Both the position numbers and the translations under genes were made by a program. From the NCBI GenBank assembly GCA_965287045.1, contig OZ336877.1:80786001-80850000 (forward strand): DNA of 64,000 nucleotides. Direction: 5' to 3'. Positions 48,990 to 61,489 of the stretch are shown here, in pieces. The DNA comes from Carcharhinus amblyrhynchos (lineage: Eukaryota). Below the pieces are notes generated by a model. The model searched no databases. It saw only the letters and a program-made list of their open reading frames with translations, and was not told where the DNA came from. The first letter of the stretch is position 1; each line of letters begins with the position of its first letter.

Positions 48990-49990
48990 ATCAGGTGTGT
49001 AGAAATTTCTTCTCTCAGAGGGTGGTGAATCTCTGCAATTCTCTACCCCAAAGGTTGGTGGAGACTGGATTTCAAATAACATGGTAGAGCTTACAAAAAT
49101 CTCAATCACAAGGGATAGAATATTAGAGAAACCCAAGGGACTAAAGGCGGACAAGTCGCCAGGAGCTGATGAAGTGGCTGCCAAGTTAGTGGTTGCAATT
49201 TTCCTGGAAAGGTATCAGAAGATTGGAAAACAGCCAATGTGACTCCCTTTTTCAAAAAGGGAGAAAGGTAGAAGGAAAGGAACTATAGGCCAGTTAGTTT
49301 AACATCTATTATTGGCAAGATGCTGGAATCAATAATCAAAGAGGAAATAGCTAATCAATCAGGAAAGCTGAATATAATCAAATTTGGTTTCAGATTCCAG
49401 CATCTGCAGTAATTTGCTTTTATCCTGAAGATAATCAAACCTAGTCAACATGGTTTTATGAAAGGTAAACCTCTGCCCCAAAGGGAAGCTGGGCCAATAG
49501 AAGTATTTAATGGAGGTGGATAAATATTTGATCAATCGAGGAATAGAGGGCTATGGGGAAATGGCACAGAAAAGGAGTTGAGGTCGCATACAGCAGCCAT
49601 GATCATATTGAATGGTGATGTAAGCTTGAAAGACCTGGTGGCTTATTCTTGCTTCTTTTTTTTTGCATTCTTGTGTTCAGAGATGAGGGATCACCAACTT
49701 GAAATTATCTCTGAGAGTGAGAATTGAAGTTAGTAGGAATTTCTGTGTACAGACAGCTGTTAGAGTGTGGAACACTCCATCACAAGGAGCACTTGAGAGA
49801 CTGAGAGAGGCCAATACTTTGAGGAATATTATCAGGACTTTTCTCATTTCCATGCCACAACTTTGGAAGTTCGGCAGGAATCTTCTTGGCACAGGACTAT
49901 TATGGCACTGGAGTGGGAGAAGGCCCAAGGAAATTCTCAAAGTGCATCTGTTCAGAGAAATTTGGATAAATGTTTGAATCAGAGGAAGAT
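48990..49990 (+). mobile_element. Mosaic of CR1 fragments
   Basis: LKADKSPGAD, WKTANVTP.FKKG, NYRPVSLTS and two 3' ends. Confidence 0.7.
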
Positions 49991-50078
49991 ATAGGCTGAT
50001 GATATGAGTGTAGCAAGACAGCGGAATGAGTTTTATATTGCTCAGCAAAAGCTGACTCAGAAAAGATGGAAGAAAGCT

Positions 50079-50420
50079 GGTACGGTGGTACAGTGGTTAG
50101 CACTGCTGCCTCACAGTGCCAGGGATCCAGGTTTCATTCCCACCTTGGGTCACTGTCTGTGTGGAGTTTGCACATTCTCCCTGTGTCTGCGTGGATTTCC
50201 TCCAGGTGCTCCAGTTTCCTCCCACAGTACAAAAGATGTGTGGTTAAGTGGATTGGCCATGCTAAACTGACCTTTAGTGTCACGGGGACTAGCTAGGGTA
50301 AATACATGGTGTTATGGGGATAGGGTCTGGGTAGGGTTGCTGTCAGCACAGGCTCAATGTGCAGCCTCGATAGGCTGATCTTCTTCTGCACTGAAGGGAT
50401 TCTATGACTCTATGACTCTA
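50079..50420 (+). mobile_element. HE1/V-type SINE
   Basis: Same structure as 4899-5248, with a (tctatgac)n tail. Confidence 0.85.
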
Positions 50421-50504
50421 AATGGCCTGCTGTAAACTCTGGTAATGATTTGATATTAAACTAAGTTATTTGACAGGAATTGTATCAGAATTTATTTAAT
50501 TGAA

Positions 50505-52292
50505 GCATAGAACACAGAAGAAGGCCATTTGGCCCTTCGAGCCTGCTCTGCCATTCATTATGGTCATGGCTGATCATCCAAATCAGCGGTCTAATTTTGC
50601 TTTCTCTCCATAACCTTTGATTTGACTTATTATTGTCACATGTATTAACATACAGTGAAAAGTATTGTTTCTTACATGCTATACATACAGAACATACCAT
50701 TCATAGAGAAGGAATTGAGAGAGTGCAAACTGTAGTGTTACAGTCATAGCTAAGGTGTAAAGAAAGATCAACTTAATGCAAGGTAAGTCCATTCAAAAGT
50801 CTGACAGCAGCAGGGAAGAAGCTGTTCTTGAGTCGGTCAGTACGTGACCTCAGATTTTTGTATCTTTTTCCCAAAGGAAGGAAGTGGAAAAGAGAATGTC
50901 CGGGGTGCGTGGAGTCCTTAATTATGCTGGCTGCTTTGCCGAGGAAGCAGGAAGTGTAGATAGAGTCAAAGGATGGGAAGCTGGTTTGTGTGATGGATTG
51001 GGCTACATTCAAAATCTTTTGTAGTTCTTTTCATCCCATTTGTCCCAAATGATATATCTGACCATCTCTTGAATGCGTTAAATGGTTTGGCATCAACTAC
51101 TTCCTGTGGTAATGAATTCCACAGGTTCCCCACTCATTAGATGAAGAAATGTCTCCTCACCTCCATCTTAAATGATCTACCCTGAATTCTCAGACTGTGA
51201 TCTCTGGTTCTGGACTCTGCCACCATGAGGAACATCCTCTCTGCATCTACCTTGTCTAGTCCTGTTGGAATTTTATAAGTCTCTATGAGATCCCCCCCTC
51301 ATTTGTCTGAACTCCAGCGTAAACAATCTAATCTAGTCAATCTGTCCTCATACATCAGTCCTGCCATCTCCAGCATCAGTCTGGTAAATATTCGCTGCAC
51401 TCCCTCAAGAACAAGAACATCCTTCCTCAGAAAAGGAGACCGAAACTGCACACAATATTCTAGGTGTGGCCTTACCAAGGCCTGTATAATTGCAACATCC
51501 CTGCTCCTGTACTCAACCTCTTGCAGTGAAGGCCAACATACCATTTGCCTTTACTGCCTGCTGCACCTGTATGCTTATCTTCAGTGGCTGGTGCACAAGG
51601 ACGCCCTGGTTCCACTGCACACTGCCCTCTTCCAATTTACAACTATTCAGGTGGTAATCTGCCTTCTTGTTTTTGCTTCCAAAGTGAATAACTTCACATT
51701 TATCCAAATTATACTGCATCTGGCATTTATTTGCCCACTCACCCAATGTGTCCAGATCATTCTGAAGGATCTCTGCATCCTCATCACAGTTCACCCTCCC
51801 ACCCAACTTGGTATCATCTGCAAACTTTGAGGTGTTACATTTTGTTCCTTCATCCAAATCATTAATATACATTATGAATACCTGGGGTCCCAGCACCGAT
51901 TCCTGTAGCACCCCACTAGTTACTGCCAGTTTGAAAAGGACCTATTAATTCCTATTCTTACTTTCCTCTCTGCCAAACAATTTTCTGTCCATCTCAATAC
52001 ACCTCCCCCAGTCCCCTGCGCTTTAATCTTGCATGATAATCTCTTATGTGGGACTTTGTCAAACACTTTCTGAAAATCCAAATATACTACATCGACTGGC
52101 TCCCCCTTGTCAACTCCACTAGTTACATCTTCAAAGATTTCCAACAGATTTGTCAAGCATTATTTCCCCTTCATAAACCCATGCTGACACTGTCTGATCC
52201 TGTCATTCTTTCTAAATGCTCCACTGTGAAGTCCTTGATAATGGATTCAAGAACTTTCCCTAGTACCAATGTAGGTTTGCTGATCTATAATT
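50505..52292 (-). mobile_element. CR1 LINE (RT and 3' end) interrupted by a Rex1/Babar fragment
   Basis: YLDFQKVFDKVPH, SKFADDTKLGG and LVRPHLEYC; 3'UTR at 50505-50620. Confidence 0.9.
50617..51030 (-). mobile_element. Rex1/Babar-like LINE 3' end
   Basis: HPGHSLF..LP.GKRY..RT.RLKNSFFPAAVRLLN with a (tcaaa)n tail. Confidence 0.8.
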
Positions 52293-52494
52293 CCTTGAAT
52301 GATACACTGGAATTAATTTGAAGTCTAAATGACAAAAAGGCAGCAATCTTAACAACATTAATCACACTTGAAAAATGAATGTTCCTTTCTGAGGATTTTA
52401 CTACAGCTTCCATGAGTGGAGTTCCAAATAAATCAACCAAGTACTACTGAATAATACTAAGTAATGCCTTGGTATCTATGACATAACTGAGCTT

Positions 52495-52745
52495 AAGAAC
52501 ATAAGAACATAAGAAATAGGAGCAGGAGTAGGCCATCTAGCCCTTCGAGCCTGCCCTGCCATTCAATAAGATCATGGCTGATCTGTTGTGGCTCAGTTCC
52601 ACATTTCCGCCCTCTCCCCATAACCCTTAATCCCCTCTCTTATCAAGAACCCATCAACCCGCTTCTTAAAAATATTTAGCGAGGTAGCCTCCACCACTTC
52701 AACGGGCAGAGAATTCCAGAGATTCACCACCCTTTGAGTGAAGAA
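52495..52745 (-). mobile_element. Young CR1 3' end
   Basis: Near-identical to 13050-13300 in reverse; TSD gagctt at 52489-52494 and 52746-52751. Confidence 0.9.
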
Positions 52746-53221
52746 GAGCTTCCAAGAGACACTTAAAGTATTTTGGGATGTTTAGAGATATAGGCACAGG
52801 CAATGATAAAATTGTTTCAGGCCCTTCCCTTCTTACAGGGGGCTGCTTTCTTCATTGGCCCTTAGTTTGTTTGATCTAATTTATTTGATTTGCCAAAAAG
52901 ATTGGCAATGGTAAAATTGACTCTGAATAGGAGACTCAAGCTGAAGAGTATCTACAACATTATTGATCATGTTAACTTTTTCTGACTTAAAAATAGTGCA
53001 AGAGTCCTGAGTGGAGGATGTGGCAGAAGATATGATAAATGCTTCCATTGTTTGTGAGTTATTCAGTCAGCATCCCTTGTGCTAATAGTCATTATATGAC
53101 ATGGCATTATCTTTGTTTGTATGTATGTTTAATACATGTGCCATGGCCTTGTTCACATGCTTTGCTGTGCCACAGGCTGTTAATTGATATGTGGAAGAAA
53201 CCTATATTTCTGTGTTAGATC

Positions 53222-53930
53222 ATAAAACCACAAGAAACAGGTACAGGAGTGGGCCTTTGGCCCCTTAAGCCTGCTGCACCATTCAATAGGATCAAGACTG
53301 ATCTCACATTCCTCATGCCCACTTCTCTGTCCTTTCCCCATAATCCTTGATTACCTTAATGATTAACAATGAGTAGAGTCCCACCCTGTTTTCCCTTTCT
53401 GTTTAAAGTTTATTTATTAGTTACAAGTAGGCTTACATTAACACTGCAATGAAGTTACTGCGGAAATCCCCAATTTGCCACACCCCAGTGCCTGTTCAAG
53501 TACACTGAGGGAGAATTTAGCGTAGCCAATGCACCTAACCAGCATATCTTTCAGACTGTGGAAGGAAACTGGAGCACTCAGGAAACCCACACAGACACTG
53601 GGAAAATACACAAACTCCACACAGACAGTGACCCAAGCTGGGAATCAATCCCGGGTCCTAGGCATCCCTCCATACCGGGGATCATATAGTGAACCTTCTC
53701 TGAACTGCCTCCAATGAAATAATCACTGGAATTCCACAATCCTGCTTGCCACAGAATTGGAGTGGGCAAAGGGTGGACAAGGGAAATATCCGTTGACCTC
53801 GGTCTTGCTTAAATAAGGGGACCAAAACTGCCCGCAGTACTCCAAACGTAGTCTCGCCAGTACCTTGTACAGTTGCGGCAAGACTTTGCTACTGTTGTAC
53901 TTGAAACCCCTTGAAATAAGGATCAACATA
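53222..53930 (-). mobile_element. CR1 fragments (53222-53370 and 53680-53930) around an alternative-tail V-type SINE (53407-53660)
   Basis: CR1 3'UTR and LEYCGQFWSPY; the SINE matches 40773-41049. Confidence 0.7.
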
Positions 53931-54239
53931 CCTCTAGCTTACCTGAGTCCAAAACTCCTTTCTCTATTAATATTGGGACGGCCATCTCTGTATTCTAAAT
54001 ATTAAAGCAACCTGCAGGATGTCATCACTTTGTCAATCAATGTTGCTCAATTTCAATTGGCTGGCCTTAATGCAGGCAAACAGAGAAAAACTGAAGAGGA
54101 CAAAGATGATTATGGGAATCATGCTGTGTGATTAACCTGGAATGATTCTTTATGTGCGGGCAGCATGCGAATATCCATGACCTACTCACTCGCAGCAAGA
54201 TCTCCAACGACGAGCATAAATTCAAGCTACAGCAACACA

Positions 54240-54390
54240 AGGCAAAACACTACAGCTGCTGGAGATCTGAAATAAAAGCTGACAATGCTGGAAATACTCA
54301 GCCAGCCAGGCCACAGTTCAATTAACTTTGTTCTTCTCCCCACAGCTGCTGCCTATCCTGCTGAGATTTTCCTGCATTTTCTGTTTTCAC
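54240..54390. mobile_element. Fold-back remnant of the Penelope family-2 terminal repeat
   Basis: atgctggaaatactcagc..agg is roughly complementary to cctgctgagattttcctgcat; arms resemble 36590-36680. Confidence 0.5.
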
Positions 54391-55465
54391 AAGTTTAAGC
54401 CAGCCTATGCCACAGAAAAGTCCTCACTTCTTAAAAGAATGATGACAGTTGGCCAAAGCAGACGCTGGCTCTCATGGCAGAAGTGGCTTTGACCTGGGAA
54501 AAACAGAGTGGGGAATTTCTCCAGTCCTTCAGAGGGATATTGGAGGCACTCAGAAGGCATAAAACAATTAGGACCACTAAGTTCATTTCCCCGTTTTACT
54601 GTTTTTTTTCTCTTCTGGGCAATGGTGCAGCTCTGGAAATCTCACCATTATGTAATGCGGCCGCACCTCCAGCAGATTTTCTTGCCTCCAAAGTGGGCAG
54701 CAAATCAAGATAGTTGTAAAAGCAATTAGCCCTTACTTGTGTGGAGCAATGTAATCTGATGGAAGGATGTGTAGGGGCCCTATGCTGTGTCAGGCGCTCA
54801 TCAAGACATTGGAAGTAACTCATATGTGGAAGTCAAAAAGATGACATATGCTGCCGTCCATGCCACTATCGCAAAGTTGCAAGATTGAAATTGGAAAGTT
54901 CTGAGAAAAATAGTTTGTTTCCCCTCCATACCAATAGTTCTACTATTTTGTGGCCTTCTTATGTATAAATCCCTCTGAAGCCTCTTGACTGTTGAGCTCA
55001 ATTTTGAAGCTCCTTTCATCTATTTCAGCAGCATCTACCTCTCCTAGTGAGGCTGCCATCCCATAGGGCCAACTGAATCTTTCTCCTGCCTGCCATCCTG
55101 ATGTGGGCAGTGAATGTGGCGCTGCCCTGTTAATTTCAAAACTGCGCTATTGGCTCATACATTGCAAAATGCGCTAAATCTCCACTACTCGCCTACCATC
55201 AACCTTTATCAATCACAACTCAGGTTCGTCCGCACACACTTATGACTGATGAAAGCCTCATATTTTACTGCTTGTACATACTGTCAATTAAATTCAACCA
55301 ACAATCGCCTGACTCAAAAACATTCTACTGCACTCGCTGACACATTTCCCTTTCTTTTACACATAGCTGCTGCAGAGTTGAAGCATCAAATCAACATGGG
55401 ACAGGTACAGTGGGCTATCCTCGTATGATGGAGCAGACAATGTTCACCATCAGTGGAACATCCAT

Positions 55466-56695
55466 GATTGAGGTCATAGCCAATAGTGGGACTGAAAAGA
55501 TCAGAGATGATAATAAGTTCTTAATGAATCCTCTGTCTCACATTGTACTTTGGTGTGTTTCATGGAGGCAAGTGCGACCTGCAATTGTCCAGCAGCGGAA
55601 TCTTCTGATACCCCTCGCTGTCAGTGGGATTTCCCATTCTATGCACACCCCCTTCCCCACCATTGGCGAAACCCCACTGCGGGTTTTCCATCGACAGGAC
55701 CAGAAGATCCCACCAATGAAAACAACCAGAAAATTCTGGCCATATTTTCTTCTGATTTCTAAACCTTGGATGTTGCAATGCACACTTTGCTTTTCTACCA
55801 TTTCTCTTGCTTCGGCCCTATACTATGTATATTTCTCCTGTTAGATACCCAGGAAGCACAACCTTGGCCTGGTGCTGATGCGCAAGTATAGAATACAAAT
55901 CAAACAAATGACTGATGATGATAAAGCACCGTCACTTAATCTCTCAATCTCACACTCAGAGCAACAAGCTCATATATTGGCACTACATGTGCTTTTGAGG
56001 AAAGCACAGAAGCACAGAGCCCTTGAATTGAGAAACAAGGACTTGACCGCCCTGCAATGTCCTTGTCCATTCCCGCAATGAATCACAGCTTTCTTTCCCC
56101 TCTATAAATAGAACAGCTGAGTTGTGGCTGGCAGTTCCAAATGGCTCACCATCTCTTCATAGATTAACTTGTCTGCTCCCCACCAGATTTAAGTGGCTGG
56201 GAAACTGCAGAGCCATCATTCCCGCACACTTGCACTTAATTCTAAAGGTAACAATTGATTGCAAAATGTTCCTTGTTAATTAGTCATATATACGAAAGCA
56301 ATAAAATTATCTTCACAACGTGTGGTGATGGCATTCTCATCCTGTTTCCTCTGGGAAAATTGGTCCTTTGATCTTGACATCGGAGATCTGTCACACTGCC
56401 TTCCCCATGATTCAATACCCATTCCTCCCAACACACTTGTGTTATTGGCCCTTAACGCAAATGTACCAAAAACTAATGATGATTGGTAAACTAAATGAAA
56501 GGTTCTTTGTTAAAGATTGAGGTCATGGCCAATGGTGGGACTGAAAAGATCAGGGATGATAATAAGTTCTTAATGAATCCTCTGTCTCACATTGTACTTT
56601 GGTGTGTTTCATGGAGACAAGTGCGACCTGCAATTGTCCAGCAGCAGAATCTTCTGATACCCCCCACTGTCAATGGGATTTCCCATTCTATGCAC
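55466..56695 (+). repeat. Dispersed direct duplication of 181 bp (55466-55646 and 56515-56695)
   Basis: Direct alignment with few substitutions; offset 1049 bp. Confidence 0.9.
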
Positions 56696-56764
56696 GCCTC
56701 TTTGGATTCAAGGGAGCTCTGCTGTAAGAAATGGTCAAAAGCTTGAAGTCTCTAGTTTTCAGAT

Positions 56765-57510
56765 CACCAACATCCTGTCCTGGTCCCTCTATACTGACGC
56801 TACAGTTAAGAAAGCCATCAATGCCTCCACTTTCTCAGGAGGCTAAGGAAATTTGGCTTGATTACTACAACTCTCACCAATTTTTACGGATGCACCACAG
56901 AAAGCATCTTTTCCAGATGTATCCCAGCTTGGTATGGCTCCTGCTCTAACCAAGACCGCAAATAACTACAAAGGGTTGTAAATGCAGCCCAATCCAACAT
57001 GCAAACCAGCCTCCCATCCATTGGGTGGGATTTATGACCTTGCTCATCTGAAAACAGTAAAACCCTGATGAGGTAAATGGACTTTTCCATGGTCCGCTCC
57101 TCACCTTCTCTGATTCCCATGGTGGGCGGGATGGTAAAATAAGAACATAAGAACATATTCTGGCCTTTGACTCCTTATATACTTCCCACTGCCTCAGGAA
57201 CGCTGTCAGCATAATCAAGGACCCCATTCACCCCGGGCATACACTCTTTCACCTTCTTCCATTGGAAAAAAGATACAAAAGTCTGAGGTCACGTACAAAC
57301 CGACTCAAGAACAGCTTCTTCCCTGCTGCCAATAGACTTTTGAATGTACTTACCTCATATTAAGCTGATCTTCCTCCAAACCCTATCTGTAACTACAATA
57401 CTATATTCTGCACCCTCTCCTTCCCTTCTCCCTAATGTACTTTATGAACAGTATGCTTTGTCTGTATAGTATCCCACTACGCATGACAAGAATGAATCAA
57501 GTCAAATCAG
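56765..57510 (+). mobile_element. Rex1/Babar-like LINE 3' fragment interrupted by a MITE (57024-57166)
   Basis: HFLRRLRKFG..TNFY.CT.ESI..AWYG..HPGH.LF..RLKNSFFP; the MITE has a 3-bp TSD ttg at 57021-57023 and 57167-57169. Confidence 0.8.
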
Positions 57511-57741
57511 ACAGACTCCCTGTTGACATTTCTCCAACAAATGTTTCACATGTTAGCTTGCATCACTTCCTACTCACGATTCATTAGTATGTTAATCAAT
57601 ATTAAAGCAATTAAACAAACAAACAATTCCAGCTCATTTCCTGCTACATCAGCCAATGTTGAATTTTGCCTGTAGAGTCTTTTAATTGTCATAATGATGA
57701 ATTAGACTTAACAGAGTTCAAATAAATTATTCAGAAATTAG

Positions 57742-58875
57742 AGGGGTGATTTTCCCAGCTACAGCAGCACAGCAAGCCAGGAAACATCAGTGGAGGCCAT
57801 TTAGCAGACACAACAACTTGGCATCCAAGTTTTTTGGAGTCATCAGCTTTGCACCGGAAATTGATGTGGACCTGATTTAAATATTAAAATTTGAATTTGA
57901 ATATCATTAGCGGGCCCAGAACTGAAGTCTCTGGGCCCACAAGTGTCTCCTCCCCTGCCAAGAATGGTTCACAACAGTGGAGTTTACAGCAGCTCCTCAT
58001 TAACAGGGGACTGGTGACTGACCCCGCTAGAGTGAAAGGAGGCCATGGAGGCCCTCCCAGTGGTCAGGGGTAAGGAGGGGATGCCCCTGGGCATTGCCAG
58101 CCTGGTCCCCTGTTAATGCCCAAGGGGCATCTTGTAACTGCCCACTATGCATCAGGCAATGCCAAAGGGATTGTGAAGACAGTGAGGGTCACGGCCAATT
58201 GGGGCAGAGTCTATGGGGGGGGCAGGGGGTGCGATAGGTGGGGAGGTGCATGGGTCCCTTAGCTACTCAGCATTTGGATCGCAGGCAGAGGGACAGTGGG
58301 GGGGTGATCGGGGTTTGCTATCTGAGTGGGCCAGGGGGTGGGGTCGGCCTGCCAGGGGGTCAGGACTGCAGTGGGGGCCGGGCTGCAGTGGGGTGGGGGC
58401 GGGGTTGTGGACAGCGAGGGTGGGCGGGGGTTGGGTCTGCCAGGGGCTCAGGGCTGGGGAGATCGAGGTGGACCATGGGAGGTTGTGGGCACTGGCCAGG
58501 AGAGGTCCAGGAGGCCAGCGACTTGGGGGGGTGGGGAGATTGGAGCAACAGCGACGCACGGCCATGGGTTTGGCCAACGATCAGGCTGACCAGTGATCGG
58601 GAGTCGGTAAGTTGGCAATGCGGTGCTCCTGCGTACCCACTTATCTCCGCTCTGATAGATCGGCTTATGGGCAGTGGCCCGCTTAGCACTATGCTACCGG
58701 CCTCTCCAGCAGGAATAGGTCCTGCCCACTTACGGTCAATGTGAATCTCGCTTGGCCTCTCTGCAGTGCTCAGAGGTTTATATTGAAAATCCCACTGAAG
58801 AAATCAGCTAGAGTTACTCCAGTTTTCAAGCGGATATGGCACATAGAATTTTTTTGGGTGAATCGCAACCACCCC
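57742..58875. mobile_element. GC-rich ~1.1 kb non-autonomous Harbinger-like element
   Basis: Starts ggggtgattttccc and ends gggtgaatcgc..ccc; collinear with 21650-22680. Confidence 0.6.
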
Positions 58876-60709
58876 CCCCCTCACCAGATCTATTTCAAAG
58901 TTCAATGAAGACAGTTGTTTGTAAGAATAAACATGGAAGCTTATGTTTCATAAATAAGCGCATCAAATACAAAAGCAATGAAGTAATGTCAGAAATATAC
59001 AAATCATTGGTTAGGCTGCTGAAGACATTCACTGTGATGGTACCTACAATTGGATGCTTTCATTATTAGGAAAGACATGAGAAAATGTGAGTCTTTTCAT
59101 TGTAATGAAATAAGCATAATATTTGATAGAGGCAGTCAAAACTGCAATGGGTTTTGATAAGGTAAATTGGGAAAATATTTCCACTGAAAGTCAATAACTA
59201 GAGGAGTGTAATTGTGATTGTCACCGGAAGTATTAAGGGTAAGATTGGAAGTGTTTTTTTTCCCTTTTTAAGCAGGTTTGGATGTTGTGCAACATGTTAT
59301 CTGGGAGTCTCTGCTGATATATCAGTACTTTACCTACAAATACAGAAACAACATGAACTGGCTTGGACAGTACTTCTGGCTGTGTCAGCAAGGGCTTTTT
59401 CAGCTGCTGACTGTCCAGTGCTGAAACATCCTCTCCGTTCTTCCACTGCTCCAGTTGCCAAAAATGCTTATTCAGTAATTATTTGGGCTGTGAAGGCATT
59501 TTTATAGGTGCCGAACTGGCTCCATGCTGTCCAGTTTAACATGAGTGATACAATAAATTAAAATATAGCCTGTAGAGAGCATTAGCTGCATCAGGGATTT
59601 TTTTGAAACCAGCCAATTTTTTAAATGTACAGTTACCAGCAACAATTTTGCAAATGGGAGTGATTCTAATACACAAAGTACACTACATTCTCTAATTATC
59701 TCCCAGGCGATTGAGCCTGAACATTAAATGGCTACCTGCTAACTTCTGCAAGGGTGGGCGGGGTTGTGGTGTAACATAGCATGTCGTGATTAGCTGCTCA
59801 GTATAGATGTCGCATTGTCCTTAGCATCAATTAATAGTGGAAAAATTGGGTGAGATTTATAATGGGCAGCAAACAGCCATTGCCCATTTTGCGACCCTGC
59901 CAAAGTTAAATTTTACCCTCTGTGAAATGTGCGGCCCAAACACATCTGTACTGTTGAACTTGGCATTGTTTGCAGGAATGTGCCCTAGGTTTTTTCAAAA
60001 TCTCATCTTTCTACTATGTCCCAAGCAACCTTCAGGTAAATTGCAGGGAAAATTTAACAATTTCTTATAGCCTTTGCTTGTAAACAGATGTTACAAAACT
60101 AAAAGAACGTTACTTAAGGTATGTCTAGGCGAGGGATAACAGCCAAAACTGAGTGTTTCACCTGACCATTTAGCATGCTTGTTCCCAAGGCAACTTGCAT
60201 CACGTTTCTGAAATGTCTACACACTGACTTTACAAGACCACAGAGCAGCCATGGCAAGGTTACCATCTGTTGGGTAATCAAGGTTAACAGGCAGACATTA
60301 AGTAAACATTTTGCTACCAATTATAAACATATTATAATTAGATGACTGCTATTTTCAGCCACTTATCTTATTAGCCATGACAACACAAATGAATTAAAGC
60401 TAACTGATTTTAGTGTCTAACTTCCATCAATTGCCACTCAAAAGTCCACAAAAGTCCATTGGAATTTGTAAGTCCAATGAATGGCAAGTCTTCTTCATCA
60501 CTGGCAGCAAAATATGGGTCAATATCAAGTATGAAACAGCCCAAATTTTGAGAAGGGGTGTTAATCCTGAAGGAGGTTGGATATAATTGGTTGCACTAGG
60601 TCTGGCCCCATCAAGCTTTGTATGGCCAACCTAATGATAACATTGAGGGTGAGCTCCAGGCACTGTAAGTTGATTGCTTGGGAGTGAGGCCTGCATAATT
60701 TAAATACAA

Positions 60710-60860
60710 GAAAGAGAGAAAGAAAACACATAAGTATACAGTTTGTTTCATGATTCTGAGGCATCCCAAAGTGGCTTACAATCAATGAAATACTTTTGAA
60801 CTGAACTTACTGCTGTACCACAGGAATCATGGCAGTTGATTTACACTCAGCAAGCTCCCA
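60710..60860 (-). mobile_element. Deu-domain SINE fragment (AmnSINE1/SacSINE1-like)
   Basis: Minus strand tgggagcttgctg.g.g.aaat..ctgcc..ttcaaaagta.ttcattg..tgtaa..ctttgggatg resembles the DeuSINE consensus as I recall it. Confidence 0.6.
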
Positions 60861-61489
60861 GGTTTCAGGATTTATTTTAGTTGAAGCTCATAACAAGAGA
60901 AGGATTGTCAACAGGATTCCTGCTGTCACCCATCTCTGCCCATTCACCCATACAAGGAGGAAGCTATTCTTTATAACATTCTACCCCTTGTGCTTATCTT
61001 ATTGCACTCCAAATCGTCTGCCAGCAAACCTGATTGTCAATATCTCACGCTGTTCCTACTGAAAGCCATGTATGAGTTCTATTTCTCAGAAACCAAATTT
61101 AATTCCTCTTCTTTTCCCCAGATGGGTCCACCTAGCCGAGAAGAAGCAGGGGAGGAGGGGGAAGAAGGACTGACAGAAGTGGACTGCTGAGTCAATTTGT
61201 AAGATTTATCTTCGTTGTTACAGCTATTAATGTATAATTTATAGTTAATATTCAACCACAATTTGCCTGTTAGTTTATGTTTAATTTATGTTGACTCTAG
61301 GTTTTAGAATATAGATGGTTGCCCAAGATGGTATTTAGTGTTTGCTTTGTTGAATCTTGTATTGTAAAAATTCTTTTGGTTTAAGTTGTGGAATCTTGTG
61401 GCTTCATTCTCTCAGTAACTAGCTGAAATTTTGGATTCCACTTTGTTTAGAGTTGCTAGTCTCAAACCAGATCCTAACCAACGTTCACA

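Noticed and set aside
54600-55080. Possible fourth Myb/SANT remnant on the minus strand
   Set aside because: Only a faint motif match requiring several frameshifts.
61080-61480. Possible solo LTR
   Set aside because: No second copy, clear TG..CA ends or TSD visible.
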